43,684 nucleotides of DNA, from NCBI GenBank assembly GCA_040182905.1, contig JARQWU010000060.1:1-43684 (forward strand). Direction: 5' to 3'. The notes beneath the pieces are model-generated. The model had not been told where the DNA came from. It did no database searches and saw only the letters and a program-made list of their open reading frames with translations. Below are positions 1-10,196 of the stretch, piece by piece. Numbering within the stretch: the first letter of the stretch is position 1; each line of letters begins with the position of its first letter. The DNA comes from Barthelona sp. PAP020. Taxonomy: Eukaryota. A program made the position numbers and the translations under genes.

Positions 1-215
1 ATTAGCCAGTAACATTAGATTCTTCTTTGTCTTAAGCTCAACTAGTTGTTTTATTATTTGATAAATTTTGAAATACGAGAAATTTTGCTTGATTCAAATT
101 CTGGAGCATTTCTTCACGCTTTTCTTTTTCCCTCCTTGTGAAATGTCCGCTGCGCTTCACAATTTATATTTACTAACTGGGGTTGGGGAAATTACTCCAC
201 GGTATCTTTGCTGTT

Positions 216-611
216 CACACGACAATAATAATAAATGTTTATAAAGATCTTTATTGTTCTCGGTAAGAGTTTTGGGGTACTTGCAACTGAGTCGTTTTGC
301 GAGGATGGTTCAGAACTCTTTTCAAAAGAAATGCTACCGGTTTAGATGGGGCAGGTATTAAAAGAAAAGTGAAATACTTACCTTTAGCCCTTTGATTCAC
401 TTTTAAATGTATCCACTTATGTTCTTTTGACATTCTTTGTTGACCTGTTCTATTTTCTTGTAGTTTTAATCTTATAATTCTTAAGCGTCTGTACTATTGC
501 TTGAGTTTTTCAATTTTAATACCCATTAATTGCAGAAATTGCAAGAAGAAACGGTAAACACATTTGTATTGTCTTTTACGTGAAATCCTTCAGCTTTGCC
601 ACGAAAACTTG
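216..611. repeat. Dispersed repeat family B, copy 1 (~400 bp)
   Basis: 216-352 and ~505-611 are colinear with and similar to 24211-24351 and ~24512-24620 (e.g. cacacgacaataataataaatgtttataaagatctttattgttctcggt identical). The middle is diverged. Confidence 0.85.
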
Positions 612-846
612 CTAATTAATGAGTTTTTTATCTCAAAAATAATTTTAGCAAGTGTTGCTTCTTCAAATTTGAATTAAAAAAAATGTGTAATGAACATAAA
701 TGCGTATGCATGCAAAACATATTTCTTCAGGTGATTTAACAGAGATTTTTATGATTTTACCGATGTTTGTTTCAGCATCTCAAGAAATTGGGATATTATG
801 TTAGTTTTGTCAATTATCATTTTTTTTTTAATTGAAAAATTTGACG

Positions 847-1500
847 ATGAGCTCTAATAATGTTCAACTTGAACGCAAATTTGCTTTGTGGAAATCTAAT
901 GCATTATCCAAATTGGATAAATCAACAATAGGATCTATTGATCCAAAGATTAGAGAGCTATGTGATTCTATCAATGAAAGATCTGATATGTTCACATTAT
1001 CATCATGTTCAGGAAGAATTTCTTTATGTTTAGATCATAGACAAGGTAAAAGACAGAACATTTGGAAATTTGTATCACATGATCTTGTCAATTATGAAGA
1101 AATGATTGAAAGTGTTTATAAATTACAAAGAGAAGAAGAAGAAACACAAGAAGAACAAGGATTATTATTTTTTAGACAAGAATCAGCAATTGTTCATATT
1201 TGCTGTAGTACTTTTGAACTTGCACGTTCTTTGATGCATATTGCCAAAAGCTGTGGCTTTAACCTTTGTGGAATAATTGCTTGTAAGACAAAAATTGTAG
1301 TGGAAATAATTTGCGATGCTACTTTGGTTGTTCCTATTTATGAAAAGTCTTTATTAGTCTCAGAATCATATTTGGATAATTATCTATTGAATATTGCGAA
1401 TGAAAATTTACAGAAATCTTGGAATTGCATCAATAAGTTGAATGAACTGTTGTCAACAGTTCATGGGAGGGATGAAGCTGAAACTGAGCAAAATGAATAA
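847..1500 (+). CDS. TYW3: tRNA wybutosine-synthesizing protein 3 (methyltransferase)
   Basis: DKSxxGSIDxxI and FTLSSCSGRI motifs, plus WKFVSH. First ATG at 847 (ORF track started at TTG 832). Confidence 0.92.
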   Translation: MSSNNVQLERKFALWKSNALSKLDKSTIGSIDPKIRELCDSINERSDMFTLSSCSGRISLCLDHRQGKRQNIWKFVSHDLVNYEEMIESVYKLQREEEETQEEQGLLFFRQESAIVHICCSTFELARSLMHIAKSCGFNLCGIIACKTKIVVEIICDATLVVPIYEKSLLVSESYLDNYLLNIANENLQKSWNCINKLNELLSTVHGRDEAETEQNE

Positions 1501-1728
1501 AAACATTATATATATATATTTTTTTTTAAAAATAAAACCAGTTAAATGGTCTTTTTCTTGATAAACTGTAGTAGATTGTTGAATATTTATATGATTGAAT
1601 ATTATTAGACAAGTTTCACAAATACCAGGAGGTATTGACAGAAGAAAGAACCAGAATGAACAATTTGGAAAGTCCCTCATGGAAAATGCAGGCAAAAATA
1701 AAATAACATATTTACAAAACAATGCTTG

Positions 1729-2847
1729 TTAAAAACATAACAAATTGAAAAATTTCTCCATTTCAACCGAACCCAATGTTCTGCAACCTGCAGATAGAAG
1801 TTGAGGTAAAAATAAATTATATTGAAAAGAGGATCCACAAATAGATTCAATACGTTCATTCAATTCAAAACCACAAGTTGAAGACACTTCATCTTCACCA
1901 AAAAAGTTGAAAAATAATTTGCTAAATTTTTTGCCAAGATTATTTCTTTGTTGTGTTAACTTCCAACTGCTTTTATCGACAGAATTTTTAATAGAAGGAG
2001 AAAAGCTCCCAGTTTTTAGCTCATCTTTTTCATTCAAGGGGAATCCAAAAATTTGCGATATATTCAACTGTCCCATGCTTTTGTCCCCATATATGAATGG
2101 TGTGGACATCTTTACTGATGATTTAACATGAGCAAAATCTTCAAAAAGCGAATAATCTTTCTGTGCCCCCGAAAAATGTGACATCCAAGCAAAACTCATT
2201 TCATTTGCTATATATGCACCAATTTTTGAATTCCATTGTGCTGCATAACTTGATTCTTTTCGTAGCGAAGCAACCAAAGCCCAAAAATTGGGTAAATCAG
2301 GCCAATTATCAAACATGGATCCACCATGACAAGCTTCAACATAAAAAACAACACGTTTAACAGTTGGACTTTTCCCAGTTAATTTTTTTTTTAATATTTG
2401 AAATAAAGTGGTAGATTCAAGTGTTCCTGTGGGAAATTTCAAGCTATCTAAACCTCCATGATCAGAATAAAATATGAAAAGATTGTCTACATCTGAAACA
2501 TTCTTTAAAACTTTAATAAAAGTTGTAACATTTACATCTGCACCTTCATAATCAATTTTCAATCCTTCTAAATAGTTTTGGGACAGTTTTGCATCGTTAT
2601 AAATGGTTTCTTTTAAAGGATTTCTTGAATGTTTGGAAATATCATTGTAAATCATAGTGATGATATTGGAATCTTCATATCCACCCTTTTTTAATAAATG
2701 ATATGCATGTGCGACATCTGCTTGATGTCTGTAATTCTTCCACCCTTTAGAACCAGCAACAAGAATGGCAAAATTATTTTTAATCGACGTACAACAAACA
2801 ATTTTTAATAATATTATTGCAATAATGGTAATCAACAGTGGTTTCAT
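1729..2847 (-). CDS. Legumain / asparaginyl endopeptidase (peptidase C13), secreted
   Basis: Signal peptide MKPLLITIIAIILL, AILVAGSxGWxNYRHQAD, catalytic His (SDHG) and Cys (EACHGGSMF). First ATG at 2847. Confidence 0.92.
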   Translation of the reverse strand: MKPLLITIIAIILLKIVCCTSIKNNFAILVAGSKGWKNYRHQADVAHAYHLLKKGGYEDSNIITMIYNDISKHSRNPLKETIYNDAKLSQNYLEGLKIDYEGADVNVTTFIKVLKNVSDVDNLFIFYSDHGGLDSLKFPTGTLESTTLFQILKKKLTGKSPTVKRVVFYVEACHGGSMFDNWPDLPNFWALVASLRKESSYAAQWNSKIGAYIANEMSFAWMSHFSGAQKDYSLFEDFAHVKSSVKMSTPFIYGDKSMGQLNISQIFGFPLNEKDELKTGSFSPSIKNSVDKSSWKLTQQRNNLGKKFSKLFFNFFGEDEVSSTCGFELNERIESICGSSFQYNLFLPQLLSAGCRTLGSVEMEKFFNLLCF

Positions 2848-3011
2848 TGATTCATTTGTGCAATTTGTAAGAAAAAAATAGTTGAATTGTTTTCTTCTCC
2901 ACATTAAAAATAGCTCGGTTTTTCTTTAAGGTTTTAAAATTGAACCAAAAATAAAGACTAATAGTTATTTACAATAAAATAAACAAATAAATAGGATCCA
3001 AACTTTGAAAA

Positions 3012-4694
3012 CTACACTTTTTCAAGTTTTTTTTTATAATCACTGCACATTTTCAATAATTTTTGTTGATGTTCATGAACCAATTCAGCCAATTTGTCAA
3101 TGTAAAGATCAGCTACCCGATCTTTTTCATCTTTTTCATCATACAGTCCTTCCAATTTGGTTTTTAAGTTTAATATGGTATTGTGCTTTGTGTTTTTAAT
3201 TTCTGCAATTGAAGGGAGTTTAGTTGATTGATTGTCATTCTCTTCAATTTCCTGTCTAATCTTCATGATACTTTTGTGTGTGTTTGTGGAAAGATTGGTA
3301 AGTTTGTTTTCTGCTTTTTCAATTGATTCTTTGAGCTGTTCAATTGTTTCTTTTAAAGATTTGCTGTTAAATTCAAGTGTTTGCTCTTCATTAATGAGAG
3401 GAATTGAGGATTCTCTCAAACTCAATTCTTTGTTTGTTAAGTCTTGTTTCTTAGTTTTCAATTGTTGTTTTAAATCAATAAAATCTCCTTTGACAATGTT
3501 TTTTACATCCTTTTCTTCAGGAAAGAAACCAAGATGATAATTCAGTCCAGTTTTTTTGATTAACTGATTGAATTTTGCCATTTTTTCATCACAACTACTT
3601 ACAACAATGGGATAATCAATATCAATTCTTTCTTTTTCGTTTTGCAAAGTATTCATTTCAGAATTGAGTGTTTTAAGCCTTTCTTCTGCTTCATTACGCT
3701 CATTTTCCAATTGATTAATCTCAAAAGAATCTTTTTCCTGTGTTTTCAACAGTTTATCAATTTGTTGCCTTTCATTCTGTAACTCATCCATCTGTTGCTT
3801 CCAATGAATAAGTTCTCTTTTATTTACTTCAATTTCTTTTGTAATTTGTTCATCCATTAGCTCCAAACTTTCTTTTTTTACCAAAAACTTTTCTTTATCA
3901 TTTTCTAAATCTTCAATTTCTTCTTTCATTTGTTCAACTATTGGTTTTGTTCTATGGGTGTAATTATCCAACACTTTAACAATATTCTCAATGTCTTGTT
4001 CACGTTCATAAATTGAAGTTGACAGTGCTTCCAAAGCAGAAGTCAAATCTTGCTTTATGTCAGAAATACCTTCATTGCGAATCTGTGCTGCGCTATCATC
4101 TGTTTCTGCAGTCATCCAAGCAAGATATGTTTTTGAACAATGATCATAAAATGTCGAATCAAATGAATCCATTGCTTGAACTACAGTCAAATCATCTGTC
4201 TTCTCCAATAATTCCCTCAGCCAATTGAAGACGTTCATTAACTTAGATGCTGTTCCAGGAGCTGCAGGCGACGCCAATTCAGTAGCAGTAGGTATTCTAG
4301 ATGGATAATTTAAGCCTTTTAAAATGAACTCAATACTTTTATTGTTCCTCATATTTTTATCACTTACATATGACTTTAAAGAAGGTATTGAAAATATTTT
4401 TGAAGGAAAACGTATCCCTAATTCATTGAAAAACAAAGTAAATATGTCATACATCTGATTTAATGAGGGTCGTTTTAAAGATTCTTGAGAAAATCCACTT
4501 AATTCATGTTCTATCAAATAGTTTTGTAAACATATCAAAGTGTTGTTCGAATCATTGTTCTGTTGGGTATTCATTTGGAGTTTTTGTGGTGGTAGAGTGA
4601 AAGATCTTCCATTCGAATCATAACTCATAGTATGTCTTCTTGGACGATCAGATTCAGATGTTGTTGGTAACAAGGTGGTTCTCCGTCCAAGCAT
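3012..4694 (-). CDS. NDC80: Kinetochore protein Ndc80/HEC1
   Basis: Basic Ser/Thr-rich N-tail, CH-domain-like segment (LKRPS..IF..FF; LKGLNYP...LASPAAP...LMNVFNWL), then a long coiled coil. ATG at 4694. Confidence 0.75.
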   Translation of the reverse strand: MLGRRTTLLPTTSESDRPRRHTMSYDSNGRSFTLPPQKLQMNTQQNNDSNNTLICLQNYLIEHELSGFSQESLKRPSLNQMYDIFTLFFNELGIRFPSKIFSIPSLKSYVSDKNMRNNKSIEFILKGLNYPSRIPTATELASPAAPGTASKLMNVFNWLRELLEKTDDLTVVQAMDSFDSTFYDHCSKTYLAWMTAETDDSAAQIRNEGISDIKQDLTSALEALSTSIYEREQDIENIVKVLDNYTHRTKPIVEQMKEEIEDLENDKEKFLVKKESLELMDEQITKEIEVNKRELIHWKQQMDELQNERQQIDKLLKTQEKDSFEINQLENERNEAEERLKTLNSEMNTLQNEKERIDIDYPIVVSSCDEKMAKFNQLIKKTGLNYHLGFFPEEKDVKNIVKGDFIDLKQQLKTKKQDLTNKELSLRESSIPLINEEQTLEFNSKSLKETIEQLKESIEKAENKLTNLSTNTHKSIMKIRQEIEENDNQSTKLPSIAEIKNTKHNTILNLKTKLEGLYDEKDEKDRVADLYIDKLAELVHEHQQKLLKMCSDYKKKLEKV

Positions 4695-4851
4695 TAAATG
4701 AAATTTTAAAAATGGCAATTAATTTATTTCATTTTAAAACCTCACTTTTAGGTGTTGGAAAAACACTTTTAATATGTGTTTTGATGACTTGTTTTTTTAA
4801 AAAAAAAGACTAAGGGGCAAAAAAATAATTAAAAAATTTTGGTCTTCGCAA

Positions 4852-5061
4852 TTATGACCGAGGTTCAATTTTCTTTGGTAAATCTGGTGGTAAAGCTTCA
4901 GTTCTAATTCTTTGGCTTCTACTTTCATAATCAATAGTTTTTACTGCTTTCCATTCCTTCAATTCAATGATATTCATCAGATAAGAATTTTCTTTGGCCA
5001 ACTCAAATGGGATGTAAAACATGTGTTTATCCTTTGTTTCTATTACTACGTACCTTTCCAT
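4852..5061 (-). CDS. Small 69-aa protein with Skp1/Elongin-C POZ-like N-terminus
   Basis: YVVIETKDKHMFYIPFELAKENSYLMNII follows the Skp1/EloC pattern [28 protein letters not shown]. ATG at 5061. Fills an otherwise empty gap. Confidence 0.45.
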   Translation of the reverse strand: MERYVVIETKDKHMFYIPFELAKENSYLMNIIELKEWKAVKTIDYESRSQRIRTEALPPDLPKKIEPRS

Positions 5062-5155
5062 TGAAATCAAAAGTATGAAGAATGATCACAATTAAAAAAA
5101 AAAAAAATCTGCGAATGAATTTACGAAGTTAACAATGTTTATGAAAAGTTCATTT

Positions 5156-7033
5156 TTAAAATTGAGAAGACATATACATTTGTTGGGGCATTAATTGTTT
5201 TACATTGTGTGCTGGATGAAAATTGGGAGGAAATTGTTGAGATTGGTAAATTGGGAGTGGTCCAGGTTGTGCAGGTATTTGGTGTGAATGAACATCTTGG
5301 GAAGCAAAATGGTTGGGAACAAATATTGGAGGAGGTAGGGGTAAATTACCATACATTTCGTTTGTATCATCCTCAATATGAATGGACAAAGAAGAAGAAG
5401 GATCAACAGGCGTCTTATTTGAATCAGTAGACATATATTTTTTTTGATTTTCAAATTTTCTTTGTAGCTCACCGTCAACATCTTTTTCTAATTTAAGCCT
5501 TTTTCTCACTGCATGTAACCCAAGAGTCAACAACAAAGCTGTAAACCAATACATCCTGGCGGTTTGAGGAATATGGACACAAACAGGTCTTTCCACCATT
5601 TTCATGATATTATCGAAAACTGAATGACTGAAAGAACCTATCTCAGCAACCATCGTATCTGTGCTAAACAATGTTTCAATATTGGTAAAGATTGTTTTTG
5701 TTTTGGCATCATAGTTTCCTGCCTTGACTTTGTCAATAGTTACCCTGATTTGATCTAGCAACTCTGTAACAGCCTCATCTTCACGATTTTGAAAGGCGGC
5801 AACAGACATTACCAAAGGATTAAAGTTTCCATCCAATCCAAGATTAGTTTGTTTGACAGTATAGTTTTGATTGTACATTAAAGCAACAAATTTGGTTTTG
5901 CTGAATAAATTTTCTGTTTCATTTTTGGTTGTTAATATCTCACAAGAGTTATGAGCAATAGATTCAACAAAAGAAGAAGAAAGCAAAGCAACAGAAGTTA
6001 TAAATAGACAAAACCAAAAAAAACAAACACAACATCCTCGAATTCTGGGGAAAGTGAAACAACAGCTTTTTAAAAAGATAGCCAACAGTACAGAAAAGAA
6101 AGCTAAAAGTGCAGGAATCAAAAAAATCCAATAAATACTGGAAGATATGTGGTAAATGTTTTCTTTATACTCATTTTGAGCTGTTTTTAGGTTATTAAAC
6201 GTTGCATTAACGTAAGTTTTATCATATATATCAAAAAACGCATTCAAATTACTAATTTGAGTCTTAACATAACTAAGTGTGGTGGGATTGATAAGACTAT
6301 CCTGAACAACAGGAGTATAACCAGCTAAATCTGACAAAATTGCATCTATCTTCTCAGTAGTTAATGGATATTTTTCTAAAGCATTATCAGAGATATAATC
6401 TAATTCTTCGTTGGATAATAATGTTTCTGTTAAGCTTAAAAGCATAGGTGAACAAGCTATCATCACAAAAAGCAAAAAAAGGATAAAACAGACTCCACCA
6501 CAAAATTTGGGCGAAACCTTCACCATATCTTCCTTTTCAAACTTTTCATCATCATCCACCACACAACAAAAAACGAAGTTTCGCATAAAACCAAATATCA
6601 TTGATACAGTAGAAATGATAACAACAATAATTCCCACTATCATTGCTATGTTAGTATTATTCAAAAAAGCCACTTTAAAAGCGTCAATGACGGAATAATT
6701 ACTAAGCAAAAAATCTCTAATATGTAATTCCATACCAAAAGATTTTCCAAGTGATATAGCACTTAAAGGCTTGAATACAATAGTTAAGAGCCAATCTAAT
6801 ATCCAAAAATAAATGGCTCGGGTTAATTTTGTAAAAGAATTTAAAAAAGACAAAGGATCTTCTTTGGTTGGAATTTGAAGTGGAATGTTTTGTTTATCGA
6901 TATTTTTGATACCTGATAAACCTTCTTTAACAACATTATAATCATTCAAATGAATATCTGGAATAGTTGTTGAATGAATCAGTTGTAAAATTGTTAAGAA
7001 TACAATAATGGATAATATATATCTGTTTTGCAT
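5156..7033 (-). CDS. Multi-pass membrane protein with prominin/tweety-like topology
   Basis: Signal peptide, about 5 hydrophobic segments, Cys-rich juxtamembrane loops (FCCVV, KSCCF, GCCVC), large loops with N-glycosylation sites, Pro/Gln-rich tail. The family call is tentative. Confidence 0.55.
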   Translation of the reverse strand: MQNRYILSIIVFLTILQLIHSTTIPDIHLNDYNVVKEGLSGIKNIDKQNIPLQIPTKEDPLSFLNSFTKLTRAIYFWILDWLLTIVFKPLSAISLGKSFGMELHIRDFLLSNYSVIDAFKVAFLNNTNIAMIVGIIVVIISTVSMIFGFMRNFVFCCVVDDDEKFEKEDMVKVSPKFCGGVCFILFLLFVMIACSPMLLSLTETLLSNEELDYISDNALEKYPLTTEKIDAILSDLAGYTPVVQDSLINPTTLSYVKTQISNLNAFFDIYDKTYVNATFNNLKTAQNEYKENIYHISSSIYWIFLIPALLAFFSVLLAIFLKSCCFTFPRIRGCCVCFFWFCLFITSVALLSSSFVESIAHNSCEILTTKNETENLFSKTKFVALMYNQNYTVKQTNLGLDGNFNPLVMSVAAFQNREDEAVTELLDQIRVTIDKVKAGNYDAKTKTIFTNIETLFSTDTMVAEIGSFSHSVFDNIMKMVERPVCVHIPQTARMYWFTALLLTLGLHAVRKRLKLEKDVDGELQRKFENQKKYMSTDSNKTPVDPSSSLSIHIEDDTNEMYGNLPLPPPIFVPNHFASQDVHSHQIPAQPGPLPIYQSQQFPPNFHPAHNVKQLMPQQMYMSSQF

Positions 7034-7221
7034 GAGATAAATATAAAAAAAATATTCAATTGAGGTTTGAGAGTTGTATTGAAATCTAAAAAAAGAAGTT
7101 TCTTTCTTTTCCCAGAGCTAGAAAAAAAATATATTAAAAAGAAAGAAATATTAACATTTATTAAATAAGATTTATAATCAAAGTTTTAAAATACAAAAAA
7201 AAAAAAGATTGAGAATAACTT

Positions 7222-9114
7222 TTAAATTGCATCAATTTGAACAAATAGATCTTCAATTTCCTTTTCATAATACTTTTCAATACCTTTTCTGCTTTGCTTT
7301 TGTGTTGGTGTCAAAAAACCGTTTTCGATTGTCCAAATATTTTCATCTAGTTCAATTATCAAACGTTTTGGAGTTGCAAATGAAGGGATTTCACATTCAT
7401 GCGCATAATTTTTGAAAATTTCAATCAAATTATGTTCTAAATTGCTGTCATAAACATCAAAAACATTTTTGTCAACTTCAATTACACCAATAACATGACT
7501 TCTGGTTGGTTTACCGATAATTTGACAATTAATAACTCCAGGTATTTTGGCAAAGGTTGTTGATAACTCTTGTAAAGCAACAAACTCTCCTTGAGGCAAT
7601 TTTATGGTGTCACCACATCTTCCCATGATTTCACAAGTGCCATTTGAAAGATAATATCTAACGACATCTCCAGTGTGATACCATCCATTCTCATCTTGTA
7701 TTGGTATGCCATCATAATATCCTCGCAAAACACAAGGGCCTTTAATAAGAGCTTCACCTTCAATATATTCATTTGTGATGATATATTTTGTAATCATTAC
7801 TTTGTTCGTTCGACTGGGTCCACCAACATGACCAGTTGGAATATCTTCCATTTTGCAGCCCAAAACAGCTCCACTGGTTTCAGTAGCACCGTACACATTT
7901 TGAATAAATGTCGACACAAATAGTCTAAAAAAATAGCAATCTTCTTCTGGAAGGATTGCTCCAGCAGTAACAATAACTTTAACTTCTCCTCCCAAGGCAT
8001 TTTTGAATGCTTTAAAAAAAACACTTGAAATACCTCCTAAACTGTTCAAAGCACCGCCTAACCATCTATTTAGTGTGTATACACGGAATTTTTTCAATCC
8101 ATATGCAGCTTTCACTAATCCTCGAACAAACCAATTCTTTTCTTCCAACATACCAAGAGCCTTCTCACGTATCTTGGTAAGCACACGTGGAACAGTGAAC
8201 AAAATAGTTGGTTGTGCAACAATTAAATCTTTTGAAAATTCACCCATTGAAGTAAAGATGGCAATTTGTCCTGCTTGTTTAGTGGGATAATACAAAGCTA
8301 TTCGCCCAAAAATATGTGCATAAGGCATGAAGTGTAACACACGTAAAAACCCAATTTCTGCTGAGATTGCTCTTGAATGACATGTTTCAATCATATTAAT
8401 CAAGGCTTGATTATGCAATACAGCCCCTTTGGGATTTCCAGTCGTCCCAGATGTATATATAATATCACACGTATCATCTGGCGTTAAAACTGGAGGTTCT
8501 ACAAAATCTTTGATTCCACAAAATAATGAGTAAAAAGGATGATCATCAATTAGCTTCGATTGCCAAACGGGAATTTCAAAAACCATTGGAAAAACAAACT
8601 CATTTTGTAACATCTTTCTATCGTCGTTTAAATGGTGCAACTTATCCTGCGCAACAAAGATTAAACTAGGCTTTGATTCTTGCAAGATAAATTGTCTCTG
8701 TGCTTTATTAACTGAATCATACAGACCAACCATAGGAAATCCATATCTATGACAAGCTAATTGAATCAAAGAAAAAGCTAGTGAATTTTGAGACCAAACA
8801 ACAATTCTATCACCAAATTTTAAACCTTCAGTAATAAAAAAAGATCCTAATTGATGAATTAATTGATCTACTTCCTGATAAGTTAAATAAGAAAATTCTT
8901 CTTTGAAACTGCCATTTTCTTTAAGTCTGATTCCTAAAAATGGTGCATCTGGTGCCATTTTTACAGCGTTATTAAATAAATCTATAACAACACCATCAGG
9001 AAATAAACAATCAGAAGTGGGAGGTTCATTTTCAAAGACATCTTTCAATAATACTCCTTCATCTGATATTTTTTCAATATCTGCATTTCTAAATAAGCTG
9101 TTTCGAAAAGGCAT
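7222..9114 (-). CDS. Long-chain fatty acyl-CoA synthetase (AMP-binding)
   Basis: IIYTSGTTGNPKGA, YGATET, GWYHTGD, IKLPQGEFV and ENGFLTPT motifs. Confidence 0.93.
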   Translation of the reverse strand: MPFRNSLFRNADIEKISDEGVLLKDVFENEPPTSDCLFPDGVVIDLFNNAVKMAPDAPFLGIRLKENGSFKEEFSYLTYQEVDQLIHQLGSFFITEGLKFGDRIVVWSQNSLAFSLIQLACHRYGFPMVGLYDSVNKAQRQFILQESKPSLIFVAQDKLHHLNDDRKMLQNEFVFPMVFEIPVWQSKLIDDHPFYSLFCGIKDFVEPPVLTPDDTCDIIYTSGTTGNPKGAVLHNQALINMIETCHSRAISAEIGFLRVLHFMPYAHIFGRIALYYPTKQAGQIAIFTSMGEFSKDLIVAQPTILFTVPRVLTKIREKALGMLEEKNWFVRGLVKAAYGLKKFRVYTLNRWLGGALNSLGGISSVFFKAFKNALGGEVKVIVTAGAILPEEDCYFFRLFVSTFIQNVYGATETSGAVLGCKMEDIPTGHVGGPSRTNKVMITKYIITNEYIEGEALIKGPCVLRGYYDGIPIQDENGWYHTGDVVRYYLSNGTCEIMGRCGDTIKLPQGEFVALQELSTTFAKIPGVINCQIIGKPTRSHVIGVIEVDKNVFDVYDSNLEHNLIEIFKNYAHECEIPSFATPKRLIIELDENIWTIENGFLTPTQKQSRKGIEKYYEKEIEDLFVQIDAI

Positions 9115-9246
9115 GAGAAATACAAGTTTTCAGAATCCTCATTCTTTTTATTTACAAGAAAACCCTTGAAAACTTAATTTATTTCTTTCATTATCGAATT
9201 TTGTGTGATTAAAATAAATAAGAGATATTTTTATGTCAAAATTAAA

Positions 9247-9952
9247 TTATTGTTCTTTTGTTTCTATTGAACCACCGATTGCTGAAGGCGAAGAAGGTTT
9301 CTTATAAGCACTATCTTTGTTCTCTTCTAAAGGGTTGTGAATTCTGAAACCGTATATTTTTGGTACATAAGGAATGAATTTTTTTTGTGGCTTGTATTTT
9401 GGAAACGTTAATAAGAATAAATGTGCAAAAGTGGTGCCAAAAAATGCACCATCAATTTGTTTGTATTTGTTGGCAGGGGGATTAAAAACTCTTTGACAAC
9501 GGGGACAAAATAACATTACAGCAGCCTGACCAACTGTATCTTTTAGCCCAATGGGTAATACAGGTTGATTTTCACACAATACACGAGGACACGTTCCGAA
9601 TTCCGAATTTTCAAATTTTTTTGCAGCAACTTCTAATCCTTTTCCTGTCAGCAAAAATCTTTGATGAATAAGACCATATAATAAAGATGCAGCTTCTGCA
9701 ATTTGACATATTATTTCTTGGGTTTGACTACTGTTTCCTAAATGTTAGTTATAAAAGATGAAACTAATTTTAAAAAATACGTTCAAATTTATCTAAAATA
9801 ACTGCTCTAGCTTCACGAAATCGATTTTGATTTGATAAACCTACAAGATTAAAATCATCTATAATATATTCTGTATCAACTTCAACAAAGAACTCGTGTC
9901 CTTTTCCAGAGCAAAACCACTTAATCCATGGTAATTTTTCATCATCAGCCAT
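9247..9952 (-). CDS. CSNK2B: Casein kinase II beta subunit (2 exons: 9952-9781, 9737-9247)
   Basis: WIKWFC..GHEFFVEVD.EYI.DDFNL joins in frame, after removing a 43-nt intron, to LYGLIHQRF...FGTCPRVLC...FCPRC...IDGAFFGTTF...YVPKIYGFRI. 220 aa. Confidence 0.95.
9738..9780 (-). other. 43-nt spliceosomal intron (GT...ACTAAC ATT TAG)
   Basis: Minus strand gtattttttaaaattagtttcatcttttataactaacatttag. Removal restores the CK2-beta frame (phase 1). Confidence 0.93.
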
Positions 9953-10196
9953 CAAGGAACAATCAAAAAAATGATACAATTGTGGATTCATTTTTTCTTT
10001 TTATTTATTTCTCAATAAAACAGTTGTGTTGTTGATTGATGTTTTTTTGATCAACTGTATTCAAAAGAAGGTGTTCTCCTTCAAGTGCAATATGTGTGAT
10101 TTTTCATATGTTTGTGTCTGTAACATGAAATTTAATAGCTTTTTACTCATATTTTGGGGTTTTTGGTGGATTAAAGTGCGTTTTATTTTTTGTTAA

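Noticed and set aside
1729..2847. GPI8 transamidase as the identity of the C13 peptidase
   Set aside because: NYRHQAD and EAC..GSMF are legumain-type, and there is no C-terminal TM segment.
10021..10082. Short hairpins between CK2-beta and the UBR-like gene as a possible snoRNA
   Set aside because: No proper C/D or H/ACA boxes, and such stems are expected by chance in AT-rich DNA.
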